Assembly: GCA_007123625.1 (NCBI GenBank)
Contig: SKKS01000294.1
Span: forward strand, 1 to 47,891
Source of the DNA: Paracoccaceae bacterium
GTDB lineage: Bacteria; Pseudomonadota; Alphaproteobacteria; Rhodobacterales; Rhodobacteraceae
Direction of reading: 5' to 3'
DNA: 47,891 nucleotides
In this document: positions 10,560-20,219 of the stretch, piece after piece
Layout: every line of letters starts with the position of its first letter
Position numbering within the stretch: position 1 is the stretch's first letter
Translations under genes and position numbers: made by a program
The notes under the pieces: generated by a model
Told to the model about the DNA's origin: nothing
Seen by the model: only the letters and a program-made list of their open reading frames with translations
Databases searched by the model: none

Positions 10560-11348
10560 TCACAATCTGTTGGTAAGGAAGCGCAGCATCTCGTCCGAGG
10601 CCGAAATGGAGCGCGAGTTGATTTCATAGGCGCGCTGGGTCTCGATCATGTCGACAAGTTCCTGCACCACGTTCACGTTCGAAGCTTCGAGCGCGCCTTG
10701 CACCAGTTTGCCCATGCCATCGGCCATTGGCGCGCCAGGCACGGCTTCGCCCGAGGCGGTGGTTTCCGTCAGCAGGTTTTCCCCGATCGGGGCCAGGCCG
10801 CGCGGATTGGCAAAACTGGCCAGTTCAAGCTGGCCCACTTCCTGTGCCTCGACCTCGCCGGGCAACTGCACGGTCACGATCCCGTCGCTTGATACGCTGA
10901 TCGACAGGGCATCTGGCGGGATGTCGATTTCGGGCTGCAGCGGATACCCGCTCGAAGTGGTCAGCACGCCATCCGCGTTGCGCGAAAAACCGCCATCGCG
11001 GGTGTAGCCCATCCGGCCATCCGGTAGCAGGATCTGAAAGAACCCCTGCCCGTCGATCGCCAGGTCAAGCGCGTTGCCGGTCGTGGCCAGTGCGCCCTGG
11101 GTATGGATCTTCTCGGTCGCCACAACGCGCACGCCGGTTCCCACGGCCAGCGGCCCGGTCAGCGCGGTCTGGTCCGAGGTCTGCGCTCCGGCGGGACGAT
11201 GGGTCTGATACAGCAGAGTTTCGAAACTGGCACGGTCGCGCTTGAAACCCGTGGTGTTCACATTGGCCAGGTTGTTCGAAATCACCTGCATCCGGGTCTG
11301 TTGCGCATCAAGCCCGGTGCGGGCCACATGCATGGCATTGGTCGACAT
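10560..11348 (-). CDS. flgG: Distal rod protein FlgG
   Basis: ARTGLDAQQTRMQVISNNLANVNTTGFK; LEASNVNVVQELVDMIETQRAYEINS. Confidence 0.96.
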   Translation of the reverse strand: MSTNAMHVARTGLDAQQTRMQVISNNLANVNTTGFKRDRASFETLLYQTHRPAGAQTSDQTALTGPLAVGTGVRVVATEKIHTQGALATTGNALDLAIDGQGFFQILLPDGRMGYTRDGGFSRNADGVLTTSSGYPLQPEIDIPPDALSISVSSDGIVTVQLPGEVEAQEVGQLELASFANPRGLAPIGENLLTETTASGEAVPGAPMADGMGKLVQGALEASNVNVVQELVDMIETQRAYEINSRSISASDEMLRFLTNRL

Positions 11349-11384
11349 GGGTTCGTCCTTTCACGGCGCGTTCTACCCATGTCT

Positions 11385-11400
11385 TGCAAGACCCGTGCCG
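11385..11400 (-). promoter_or_regulatory. sigma54 promoter of the flgG operon
   Basis: CGGCACGGGTCTTGCA (GG-N10-GC) in the flgF-flgG gap. Confidence 0.8.
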
Positions 11401-11402
11401 GA

Positions 11403-12170
11403 TCAGCCGCCGGGCGGGCGCAAAAGCGTGGCGCCGGCCTCATCGACCTCGCGGGCGGTCTGGACCATCCGCAGGTTGATCTCGAACCGGCGCTGCAATT
11501 CAATTGAAGCAATAAGCTCGGCGGTGGCATTGACGTTGCTGCCCTCGCGCATGCCCTGGACCACACGCGCCTGCTGGTCCGGCGGCGGAAGCTCCGTGCC
11601 ATCCAGCGTTCGGATATGGCCGTCAGGCGATTTGCGCAGGGCCAGTTCGTCGGGCGGGTTGACCGTGCCCAGCATGGCCACAACCACACGCGCGCCCGGC
11701 GCGTCATCGACAGGTGCGATGAATATTTGCCCAAGGTCATCGACCACAAGCTCGCGAAAGGGCGGCACGATAATCGGCTGCAGCTCGTTGCTGAGCATCA
11801 CATCACCGACACCATTGCGTAGGGTTCCATCCGCCGAGACCATAAGATCACCGCGCCGGGACAAGGCCATCTCGCCCCCGGTTGCGGGTTCGATCACAAA
11901 GAACCCCGCGTCGGCAATGGCAATGTCCATCGGATCGCCGGTTTGTTCCAGTGGTCCCGGCGCGCGCGAAAAACCGTGCACGCCATGTTCAAGCTGGAAC
12001 GCACGCGAAGTCTGAGCGCCCAGGGCCTCGAGAAACCGCGCGGCGCCGTCGTTCGGCAAGTCGCGCCGGAACCCCGGGACCGACATATTCGCCAGGTTTT
12101 GCGCGGAAACCACCCGGTCATCACGCAGGTTGGCCAGCGAATTCAGCGCGGTATAGACCAGACGATCCAT
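11403..12170 (-). CDS. flgF: Proximal rod protein FlgF
   Basis: MDRLVYTA..., NLANMSVPGFR, TGDPMDIAI, EGSNVN. Confidence 0.93.
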   Translation of the reverse strand: MDRLVYTALNSLANLRDDRVVSAQNLANMSVPGFRRDLPNDGAARFLEALGAQTSRAFQLEHGVHGFSRAPGPLEQTGDPMDIAIADAGFFVIEPATGGEMALSRRGDLMVSADGTLRNGVGDVMLSNELQPIIVPPFRELVVDDLGQIFIAPVDDAPGARVVVAMLGTVNPPDELALRKSPDGHIRTLDGTELPPPDQQARVVQGMREGSNVNATAELIASIELQRRFEINLRMVQTAREVDEAGATLLRPPGG

Positions 12171-12182
12171 TCACCTGTTCCC

Positions 12183-13451
12183 TTAGCTGCGCAGGTTCAT
12201 GATGGTCTGCATCATCTGGGACGAGGTCTCCATCGCCTTGGCATTGGCCTGATAGTTGCGCTGCGCGGTGATCAGGCTGACCAGTTCTTCGGTCAGATCG
12301 ACATTCGCCATTTCCAGCGCGCCCGAACGCAGGCGCCCGAACCCCGTCCCCCCCGGCGATCCGGCCAGCGGCTCGCCCGCATCGACCGTGGCCCCGAAGG
12401 ACGCGGCCCCCATCGGCCGCAATGCGCCGGGGTTGGGAAAATTGACCAGCAGCAACTTGCCACGCGCGACGCGCGCTTCTGAGCCATAGGTGGCCCAGAC
12501 AGTGCCTTCGGAATCGATGTCAAGTGTTGTCAACTGGTTGGTTGTCTGCCCGTTCTGCGCAGCGCCCGCCACCGAAAAGGCACCGCCACCAAGCTGCGAG
12601 GCCGCAAGATCCAGCGACAGCGCGCCGTCGCGACCCGTAAACCCGATTGCCTCAGGGGACTGCACCAGGCCGTCCGCCCCGAACACAAGGGTATTCGCCG
12701 TGTCAGCCTCCATCGGCACGCCATCCCGCAGCAAGTGCACGGCATATTCGGTCTGCGGGCTATTCGGCGACGGATCGGCCATACGCACCAGATAGACCTC
12801 GGCCTCGATTGCGCGGCCCTTTTCGTCGAACACAGGAACCTGCGTCCGGTGCGCCCATGTTTCCGGGTTCGCGGCATCAAAAGGTGCAGCGGGCGGAATG
12901 GCCGCCTGCGCACCTGCCAACGCCGGATCGACCGGCAGGCGCAGGTCCAGTGCAATGCCGGTGGTCTCCGCTGGTGCGCCCATGGCCAGCGGCACATGCA
13001 ACGGCACCGCTGCCGGCAGGGCTTCGGACAGCACCTGCCCGTTCAGCGCAACCGGCCAGCCAAGAAGCTGCTGGCCCGCGCTGTTGACGATATGCCCGTC
13101 CGACGACATGTCGAACGCTCCCGCACGCGAATAGACCATTTCATTGCGGGTTCCCGGCGCGGCGCTTTCGGTGCGCAGGGCGAAGAAGCCCGGCCCCTCG
13201 ATCGCCAGATCCAGCCGGTTGCCGGTGCCGACGACGCTGCCCTGGGAAAAATCCTGCGCGACGCGGGTGATCTGTGCGCCAGACCCCGCAGTGGTCCGCG
13301 CCACGGAAAAGGGCGACTGCGTGAAGATATCGGCGAATTCCGCGCGCGACCCGCGAAAGCCGGTAGTCCCCACATTGGCAATATTGTGCGAGGTGACGGC
13401 AATATCCTTCTGGGCGGCGGAAAGCCCGGAAAGGGCGGTATTCATGGACAT
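12183..13451 (-). CDS. flgE: Hook protein FlgE
   Basis: ALSGLSAAQ...NIANVGTTGFR; LEMANVDLTEELVSLITAQRNYQANAK. Confidence 0.95.
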   Translation of the reverse strand: MSMNTALSGLSAAQKDIAVTSHNIANVGTTGFRGSRAEFADIFTQSPFSVARTTAGSGAQITRVAQDFSQGSVVGTGNRLDLAIEGPGFFALRTESAAPGTRNEMVYSRAGAFDMSSDGHIVNSAGQQLLGWPVALNGQVLSEALPAAVPLHVPLAMGAPAETTGIALDLRLPVDPALAGAQAAIPPAAPFDAANPETWAHRTQVPVFDEKGRAIEAEVYLVRMADPSPNSPQTEYAVHLLRDGVPMEADTANTLVFGADGLVQSPEAIGFTGRDGALSLDLAASQLGGGAFSVAGAAQNGQTTNQLTTLDIDSEGTVWATYGSEARVARGKLLLVNFPNPGALRPMGAASFGATVDAGEPLAGSPGGTGFGRLRSGALEMANVDLTEELVSLITAQRNYQANAKAMETSSQMMQTIMNLRS

Positions 13452-13472
13452 GAGGGACTCCGTTTACAGGGT

Positions 13473-14150
13473 TCAGCGAAGGGTTTCGATTTCAAGGCTG
13501 TGCATCTTGCCAAAGCCTTCGACGTCAAGCGTGATGTCGTCCTGCCCACGCCCCAGCGTGGCCGACAGGACGCGGGCATAGACCTGAACAGGCACATCGC
13601 GCGTGATACCGTCCTGAAGGGCCGACACGGAAACGCGCAACGGCTGGCCCGACGCGACCAGATCGCTCGGCGCCTTTTCCCAGCCGAACGGCACCGCACC
13701 GCCGGGGTGTGGGCCAAGAACTTCGCGGTGCAGCACAAGCCCGCTGCGCGGATCGGCAAAGCTGACCTGCACATCCTGCGCCGGGGCGTCGATCTCGGCG
13801 ACACCCCGAAACGCCCCTTGCGCATCGGGATAGGCCAGGGGCGCGGGCACCAGCACCGATTTGCCGATCAGAGTCGACGCCGCCCCGAACCGCATGTCCC
13901 GGAAGCTCGCGCTCATGGCTTCAAGACCCTCATGCAGCCGGTCGATCCCCGCAACGGTGGAAAACTGCGCCATCTGGCCCAGAAATTCTGTGTTCTGAAT
14001 GGGGTTCAGGGGGTCCTGATTGCGCATTTGCGTGGTCAGAAGCGTCAGGAAATCCTGCTGGCCCAGCCGGTCCTGCGCGCGCGACGGTGACGCAGGCGCC
14101 GAAGCCGACATGACAGGTGGAAGCGCGAAGTCGTCATTCACCTGCGGCAT
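13473..14150 (-). CDS. flgD: Hook capping protein FlgD
   Basis: FLTLLTTQMRNQDPLNP...FLGQMAQFS. Confidence 0.95.
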   Translation of the reverse strand: MPQVNDDFALPPVMSASAPASPSRAQDRLGQQDFLTLLTTQMRNQDPLNPIQNTEFLGQMAQFSTVAGIDRLHEGLEAMSASFRDMRFGAASTLIGKSVLVPAPLAYPDAQGAFRGVAEIDAPAQDVQVSFADPRSGLVLHREVLGPHPGGAVPFGWEKAPSDLVASGQPLRVSVSALQDGITRDVPVQVYARVLSATLGRGQDDITLDVEGFGKMHSLEIETLR

Positions 14151-14152
14151 GG

Positions 14153-14563
14153 TCAGTCACCCATCGACAAGGTGCGGGTCATCAGCATCCGCAAGGTGGA
14201 CATGGCTTCAAGCGTGTTCTGGTAGCTGCGACTGGCCTCGAGCATCTCGACCATTTCCTCTTCGACATGGACGGAGGCCTCATAGACGAAGCCCTCGGCA
14301 TCAGCGTGGGGGTGGTCGGGGCGGAACATGCGCGAAGGCTCGCGGTCCAGCGCCACGATCCGGTCGGCGCGCGGCGCGGCCAGCCCGGTTCCGGGCCGGG
14401 CCTCGTCCACCACGAAAACCGGTCGCAGCGGTCGAAAGGCGGTTTCGGCGCTGCCGGAAACCGTGCCGGCATTGGCCAGATTGGACGCGGTGGTGTTCAG
14501 CCGCTGCATCTGCGCCGACAGCGCACGACTTCCAAGATCGAAGACATTGCGGATTTCGGTCAT
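14153..14563 (-). CDS. flgC: Rod protein FlgC
   Basis: RLNTTASNLANA; PDHPHADAEGFV; EMVEMLEASRSYQ. Confidence 0.95.
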   Translation of the reverse strand: MTEIRNVFDLGSRALSAQMQRLNTTASNLANAGTVSGSAETAFRPLRPVFVVDEARPGTGLAAPRADRIVALDREPSRMFRPDHPHADAEGFVYEASVHVEEEMVEMLEASRSYQNTLEAMSTLRMLMTRTLSMGD

Positions 14564-14564
14564 C

Positions 14565-14954
14565 TCATTCTCCTCTGATCGCGGACATCAACCCGCGTAT
14601 GCGACGGTTGAGGAAGGTCAGGCTGGCCTGCTGGCGCAGTGCATTCTCGGCGAACTGCACCTGTTCGACGGCGGTTTCGACCGTATTGCCATCCAGCGCC
14701 GCGGTGGTGGGCACGCGAAACCCCGCTCCGTCCGGATGCGCCGACGGATGCGCGATGTGCAGGGCATGGGGCGCGCTGAGCACACCTTGCCCGCCGACCC
14801 TCCGGGCAAGTTCGGTGCGAAAGTCGATGTCGCGGGCCTTGTATCCGGGGGTCGCGGCATTGGCGATGTTGGACGCCAGAACCGCGCCCCTGCGCTCGCC
14901 AAGCTTGAGCGCTTCGGCATGCACCGCAAGATGGTCGCGCAGCAAAGTGGTCAT
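14565..14954 (-). CDS. flgB: Rod protein FlgB
   Basis: [20 protein letters not shown]; DGNTV; true start MTTLLRD at 14954. Confidence 0.93.
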   Translation of the reverse strand: MTTLLRDHLAVHAEALKLGERRGAVLASNIANAATPGYKARDIDFRTELARRVGGQGVLSAPHALHIAHPSAHPDGAGFRVPTTAALDGNTVETAVEQVQFAENALRQQASLTFLNRRIRGLMSAIRGE

Positions 14955-14981
14955 TCCGGCCCCCTGGATCAGGTCACGTTC

Positions 14982-14997
14982 TGGCCCGGTTTTTGCA
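14982..14997 (+). promoter_or_regulatory. Putative sigma54 promoter of the divergent ORF 15033-15536, overlapping the flgB promoter
   Basis: TGGCCCGGTTTTTGCA (GG-N10-GC), sharing the GC at 14995-14996 with the flgB promoter. Confidence 0.55.
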
Positions 14998-15009
14998 AGA
15001 ACGGTGCCA
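14994..15009 (-). promoter_or_regulatory. sigma54 promoter of the flgB operon
   Basis: TGGCACCGTTCTTGCA, consensus -24/-12. Confidence 0.88.
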
Positions 15010-15032
15010 AATACCGAAACGGAGCCTCCGCC

Positions 15033-15536
15033 ATGACCCGAACGCCGAAAGGATGGATCGCCCGCTTGTCCGCTGTGACCACCGGTTTGAGCCGCAAGGA
15101 AAGCGCACGGCTGCGCGACCGGCTTCAGGATGCACCAACCGACCGGCGCGCGGCGCTGGGGTTGCGGATCGCCCTTTTGCGACAGGACCTGATCCGCGGG
15201 TCCCTGCCTCCTGCTCCGGCCCCGGAAAAGGCCCCCGTCGTCGAGATACTCGCCCCCACGGTGACGACGCAGTCCGCGCCGGAACCCGGACTCACGCTGA
15301 GCGTCGTAGAACCGGCGGCGCCCGTCCCGGCACGCTCGAAGAAGAAGAAAGTCAACTTCGCCGCCGTGTCGCTTGATGACGCGGCCAGCCTGCTTTCGGC
15401 CTTTGGCGGCAGCGGCGATCCGCCAGCCGGAAACACGCAGGAAACCCCGCCCGACCCGGCCGCAGAACGCGCGGAACTTCTGCAAGATGTCGATGCGTTC
15501 GTGCCCGTTCCGCCAGAAAAGCCGACCAATGGCTGA
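15033..15536 (+). CDS. Hypothetical protein (helical N-terminus, Pro-rich low-complexity C-terminal part)
   Basis: GGAG RBS at 15021, ATG at 15033 (MTRTPKGW...); fills the gap between flgB and the regulator. Confidence 0.6.
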   Translation: MTRTPKGWIARLSAVTTGLSRKESARLRDRLQDAPTDRRAALGLRIALLRQDLIRGSLPPAPAPEKAPVVEILAPTVTTQSAPEPGLTLSVVEPAAPVPARSKKKKVNFAAVSLDDAASLLSAFGGSGDPPAGNTQETPPDPAAERAELLQDVDAFVPVPPEKPTNG

Positions 15537-15633
15537 AGGGCACCGACGAACGCCAAAAAAACGCCACAGAAGAACCCATAAGTAACTATTGAGCCGCCAT
15601 GTAGGCGCAAGTAATGGTTGAGTGATGCCCTTT

Positions 15634-16302
15634 ATGAATATTCAGGACGTTCACGTGAACAACGCCCCGACGATCGAAACAGCCCGAATTCGCGTCCTGC
15701 TGGCCGATGATCACCGCATGGTTGTGGACATGTTCCAGCTATTCCTGACGGAATCGGCGGGAATGGCGGTGCGCATCGCCGAAAGCATGGATGAAGCCGC
15801 CCATATCATCCAGAAAGAAGGTGCGTTCGATGTCGTGCTGCTGGACCTGAACATGCCGGGCATGAATGGCGTTGCGGGGCTGAAACGGGCAATTCGATTG
15901 AACGGCGGCCATCCGGTATCGATCCTGACCGGGAGCACCACGCCACGCATGATGCAGGAAATCATGGCGGCCGGCGCTTCGGGGATCGTGCTGAAGACCA
16001 CGCCCCTGCGCAGCCTGGCAAACGCCATCCGCTTCATGCATTCGGGCGAACGCTATCTGCCGATGGAGCTTATTCAGGCACAGGCGATGCCCGGCTCCGC
16101 AGCGCGTCAGGGGAACCTGACCGACAAGGAAATGGATGTCCTGACGCAACTGGCCGAAGGCAAGTCCAACAAGGAAATCGCCAACGAGCTGCAGATTGCG
16201 GAAGCCACGGTCAAGATGCATGTGACCGGCATCTGCCGCAAGATCGGTGCGAACAACCGCACCCGGGCGGTTATCATGGCCAAGGAAATGGGCCTGGTCT
16301 GA
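15634..16302 (+). CDS. NarL/LuxR-family DNA-binding response regulator (start could also be GTG at 15655)
   Basis: REC (LLADDH...LLDLNMPG), [34 protein letters not shown]. Confidence 0.93.
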   Translation: MNIQDVHVNNAPTIETARIRVLLADDHRMVVDMFQLFLTESAGMAVRIAESMDEAAHIIQKEGAFDVVLLDLNMPGMNGVAGLKRAIRLNGGHPVSILTGSTTPRMMQEIMAAGASGIVLKTTPLRSLANAIRFMHSGERYLPMELIQAQAMPGSAARQGNLTDKEMDVLTQLAEGKSNKEIANELQIAEATVKMHVTGICRKIGANNRTRAVIMAKEMGLV

Positions 16303-16442
16303 AAAGGCGCCGCGCGGACCTCATGACTGCGGGCGTTTGACCAGCGACCCCCTGGGTAATTGCAAAGTACACGCCCGACCGGCGGGGAGCACTGTTGCGT
16401 GTGCGCCCACAGTTCCGGGTCCTGCGCGCCAAGGACACCGTG

Positions 16443-19400
16443 TCAGTCGACGCCCGACATCTGCGTCAGTCCACCTTTCTCCGTCATGACACGGGCTTGA
16501 TGAAGGTCGTCCAGAAATCCTGCCCGGTCAAGCGGCCCCGGACAGACCCGAATCCGGTCTTCATGGAGCGGCGGCGCGGCATCGCGCCCGGATTGGACCA
16601 CCGAAAGCACGGGTATCCGCGCACCACCCGCGCCAAGGGCAAGCGCCGCTTCACGTGCCTGTCCCGGATCATGCGCATCCAGCACCACCGCGTCCCAGGT
16701 TTCATCTTCGGCCAGCAAGGCCGCGACCTCGTCGACCGACCTGCAGGCCACCGTCAGCGCCCCGGCCTGTTCCAGAAGCATGGCAAGCGCATCTCCCTCT
16801 TCGTCCCGTAACCCCAGGACCAGAAGAGCTTGACCTTGCCAATGTGTTTCGGTTTCTTGCGACCCTTCGGCGTCCGTACCCAGCGGCCAAAGGATGGTAA
16901 AGCGCGTCCCCTGCCCCGGCGCGGTTTCCAGGGCCAGCGCGCCGCCCTGTTCCACCACCGCATTGACAACGATCGGAAGGCCCAGCCCCGTGCCATTGCT
17001 GCCCTTTGTCGAAAAGTAGGGTGTGAATATCCGGGCGGCCACATCCGCGGGCATGCCCGGCCCGTTGTCGTGAACACTGATACGTGCATAGGTAAGGTCG
17101 GGGCTGACTGTGCCCACATCGAACGGACCGCACAGATCCGCCGGAACCGCAGGCACCAGCGACAGGGTGATCCGGCTGGCGCCATGCTCGGGCGGGTGGG
17201 CCACCAACGCGTCGCGGGCATTGATGGCGAGGTTCAGCACCATCTGCAGGATCGACGTGCTGTCGGCGCTGGTCATCACCGGGTGGTCGGGCACATCGAT
17301 GCTCAGCGACAGGGGCGCGCGCAGCCCCGGACGAATGAGCGCCGCCGCATCGCGCAAGGGGCGGCGCAGGTCCAGCACCTCGCGCGCAGTTTCGTGCTTG
17401 CCCAGCGAAAGCATGCGCCGCAACAAGCCCGATGCCTGATCCGACGCATCCGTGATCCTTTTTCCCAGATCGCGGGCCAAATCCAGTGAATCGGTTTCAT
17501 CGATCATCGTTGCCGCACCGGTAATGACGGCAAGCAGGTTGTTGAAATCATGTGTCAAACCTGCGGCAAGGTGCCCGATCTCCTCGCGGCGGCGGGCCAG
17601 GGTCAGTTCCTCGCGCAAGCGCTCGCGCTCGATCTCGTTCGTGCGTTTCTCGGTAATGTCGCGGAAAATGCACAAGATGCCCTGATCCGAGTTCCGCGTG
17701 GCCGAGGTTTCTATCTCGACCAGCGTTCCATCCGGCAGGGCGATACCGGTGTGCCCCTGCCAGAACCCGGCACCCGACAGGGCATCGCTGACTTCGGAAG
17801 CCATGTCATCGCGCGCGTTGCCCGCGATCAGCGCCAGCCAGTCAACACCGATCAATGCCGTCGGCGTTTCGCGCCGAAACAGTGCGATTGCCGCAGAGTT
17901 GGCATATCGGATCAACCCATCCGCACCCGCCAGCACGATCCCGTCGCGCGAGGCGTCCATCGCACGGGCGCGGTCGGCAAGCGCGCGCTGTTCCGCGTCC
18001 TTCCATTCGGTGACGTCCGAAAGGATGCAGATCCGCCCGCCGTCAGGGGTGGGTTGCTGCGTTTCGCGATACCATCGCCCAGCCAGATTGCGCAGCTTGA
18101 ACTGCGAATGCCGCAGCCGGAATTTCGTTTCCTGGAGCTGAAGCCATCCGTCCTTGTCCGCAGCCTTGGTGCCGACGACCCCCTGGCGCAACGCCTCGCG
18201 CATCAGCGCGAGGTAGCTTTGCCCGGGATGAAGCATGTCCACCAACCCGGGATAGAGCGAACGATACCGGTCGTTGCAGATCACCAGTTTCTGGTCCGCA
18301 TCGAACAGGATCAGTGCTTCCTGCATGTTCTCCACGGCGCTTTTCAGCTGTGCGCGTGCGGCCTGTTCGGCGGCAAGCGCGGCCTCAAGCTCCTGCGCAT
18401 GCAGGCGGCTGGCGGTGGTATCGGTCTGGACCGCCATGAACCCCTGCAACGCGCCTTCGGGGTCAAGGACCGGCTGGATCGTCATGCTGACCCAGTATTT
18501 CCCGCCGGTCCGGGAAACATTGAGCAACTCGCACGTGATCGGCTGGCGCCGCAGCAGGGCCTGGCGGATCCTACGCACCGTGGTCTTGTCGGTTTCGGAG
18601 GATTGCAGGAACGAACCGGGCGTCTTGCCAATGACTTCGGAGAGGGTAAACCCGGTCCGGGCTTCGAACGCCGGGTTTACCCATTCGATATGGCCGTCAG
18701 GGTCGGTCATGACCACAAGGTTCGTGGTGGTCTGCGCGATCCTGCCCAGACGCTCGATCTCCAGCCGTTGCGCATGTTGTTCCGATACATCGCGCAGAAT
18801 GGCGATGTATCCGGGTCGGGCGGTTCCTACACTCCCGGGTCCACGCGCGGCGGAAACCGAGTAATGCCGCGTCGTCCCCTTTGCACCGAACGCAAAGGAA
18901 TACCCGGAAACGGCGGCATCATCTTCGAGATCGGCGCGAATCTGCTCGGCAACAGTGCGGACGCTGTCCGGGAAGTCCTTTGTAATCCGAAGCCCCACAA
19001 GGGTATGCAGGTCTACAGGCGCCCGGATTCCCGGGTGGGCGTGATAGCCGGTGATGCGCAGGTCGTCGTCCAGTTCGAGCAGCACATCGGGCATCGCACT
19101 CAACGTTGCGCGCAAACGCTGCCGCTGCATGTCCTGTTCGGCCCGGCTGGCGGCCAGGCGCAGTTCTGCGTCGCGTTGCATCAGGACCGTGCCCATCACG
19201 TTCGCCACGGACCGGATAAGATGAATCTCGCCTTTCAGGAATGTGCGCTTCTCGCGGACCGCGTCATAGCCGACGAATCCGAAGAAGCGTCCGTCATGCC
19301 GCAAGGGCACCGCAAGCAGGGACCGGATGCCCTGCATCTCGAGCACTTGGCGAATTTCGTCCTCTGGATCCAGTGTGCTGATATCGGCGATATAGATGTG

Positions 19401-20219
19401 ATCCTGATGCGCGAAGACCTCGAACCACGGACCCGCGATTTCCGCAGGCTGGTCCTGCAGCAACGCGATCATCGGCTCGATCCCCGGGGCGCACCATTCG
19501 TGGGTGTTGCTGATGGTGGTCTCTGACGTCTCCCGGAACAGATATGTCCGGTCCGAGCCGCAGAACGCGCCCATCCGACCCAAGGCCGATGTCACAACCG
19601 CGTCCAGATCCGCATGGCGCGCGGACATCAGGTCGTTGATCAATTCGACACTGAGCGCTTGAGCAGCGGTCAGCCGATCGATCACGGTGTGCAAAGAAGG
19701 ACCATCCGGAAGCGTTGCTTGAGGTGCAGCGGTTTCGTCCGCAATGGCGGGGTCCTGACTGGGAAACCGCGCGATACTGCGCTGGACCTCGAACAGATGC
19801 GCGCAGGCCAGCCTGAGCAACGCCGCCGCTGCCAGCAGATCCGGCATGGTCGCGTCATCAATCCCCCTGACCCCTTCGATCACAAGTGCCAGTGGTACGG
19901 TACCGCCTTCAAAGCCGCGCAGTTCCAGTACATGCCGGTTCCCGGAAAGCTGCCGGGCGCCGCTCGGGGTGCCCTTCCCGCCGCCCCAGATGTCACCGAT
20001 GTCCAGCCCTGCAAGGTCCATGAGAGGACCATCGGCACTTTGTTCAAGCACAAGGGTACCCTGGTCAGCCGCCGCGACAATGGCGCAACGCTCGGCCATC
20101 ATATGCGCCGCCAGATCCGCCAGCAGCGGCCGGAGTGCACCAGGGTCGAAGGAAGCCCCAAGTGTCCGCACATGGGAAAGCAACCTGATACTCCAGGCGT
20201 TGTCGGGGTGATCATTCAT
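16443..20219 (-). CDS. Cytoplasmic GAF + multi-PAS hybrid histidine kinase (CckA/NtrB-type H-box) with degenerate C-terminal receiver
   Basis: GAF (SNTHEWCAPG...LLAVPL..GFVGYD), about four PAS domains, H-box GLTHDFNNLL, N-box NLAINARDA, DNGPGM, FTPYFSTK, GTGLGL. Confidence 0.9.
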   Translation of the reverse strand: MNDHPDNAWSIRLLSHVRTLGASFDPGALRPLLADLAAHMMAERCAIVAAADQGTLVLEQSADGPLMDLAGLDIGDIWGGGKGTPSGARQLSGNRHVLELRGFEGGTVPLALVIEGVRGIDDATMPDLLAAAALLRLACAHLFEVQRSIARFPSQDPAIADETAAPQATLPDGPSLHTVIDRLTAAQALSVELINDLMSARHADLDAVVTSALGRMGAFCGSDRTYLFRETSETTISNTHEWCAPGIEPMIALLQDQPAEIAGPWFEVFAHQDHIYIADISTLDPEDEIRQVLEMQGIRSLLAVPLRHDGRFFGFVGYDAVREKRTFLKGEIHLIRSVANVMGTVLMQRDAELRLAASRAEQDMQRQRLRATLSAMPDVLLELDDDLRITGYHAHPGIRAPVDLHTLVGLRITKDFPDSVRTVAEQIRADLEDDAAVSGYSFAFGAKGTTRHYSVSAARGPGSVGTARPGYIAILRDVSEQHAQRLEIERLGRIAQTTTNLVVMTDPDGHIEWVNPAFEARTGFTLSEVIGKTPGSFLQSSETDKTTVRRIRQALLRRQPITCELLNVSRTGGKYWVSMTIQPVLDPEGALQGFMAVQTDTTASRLHAQELEAALAAEQAARAQLKSAVENMQEALILFDADQKLVICNDRYRSLYPGLVDMLHPGQSYLALMREALRQGVVGTKAADKDGWLQLQETKFRLRHSQFKLRNLAGRWYRETQQPTPDGGRICILSDVTEWKDAEQRALADRARAMDASRDGIVLAGADGLIRYANSAAIALFRRETPTALIGVDWLALIAGNARDDMASEVSDALSGAGFWQGHTGIALPDGTLVEIETSATRNSDQGILCIFRDITEKRTNEIERERLREELTLARRREEIGHLAAGLTHDFNNLLAVITGAATMIDETDSLDLARDLGKRITDASDQASGLLRRMLSLGKHETAREVLDLRRPLRDAAALIRPGLRAPLSLSIDVPDHPVMTSADSTSILQMVLNLAINARDALVAHPPEHGASRITLSLVPAVPADLCGPFDVGTVSPDLTYARISVHDNGPGMPADVAARIFTPYFSTKGSNGTGLGLPIVVNAVVEQGGALALETAPGQGTRFTILWPLGTDAEGSQETETHWQGQALLVLGLRDEEGDALAMLLEQAGALTVACRSVDEVAALLAEDETWDAVVLDAHDPGQAREAALALGAGGARIPVLSVVQSGRDAAPPLHEDRIRVCPGPLDRAGFLDDLHQARVMTEKGGLTQMSGVD

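Noticed and set aside
14955-15485. N-terminal extension of the flgB ORF in the track (similar extensions for motB, flhB, fleQ, sltF and the PruR-like gene)
   Set aside because: Family N-termini, RBSs and promoters point to the downstream starts
15578-15592. ATAA-N7-TTGA upstream of the NarL regulator (and GTAAATTTCTAAC near 32549) as CtrA boxes
   Set aside because: Two mismatches or wrong spacing; too weak to call
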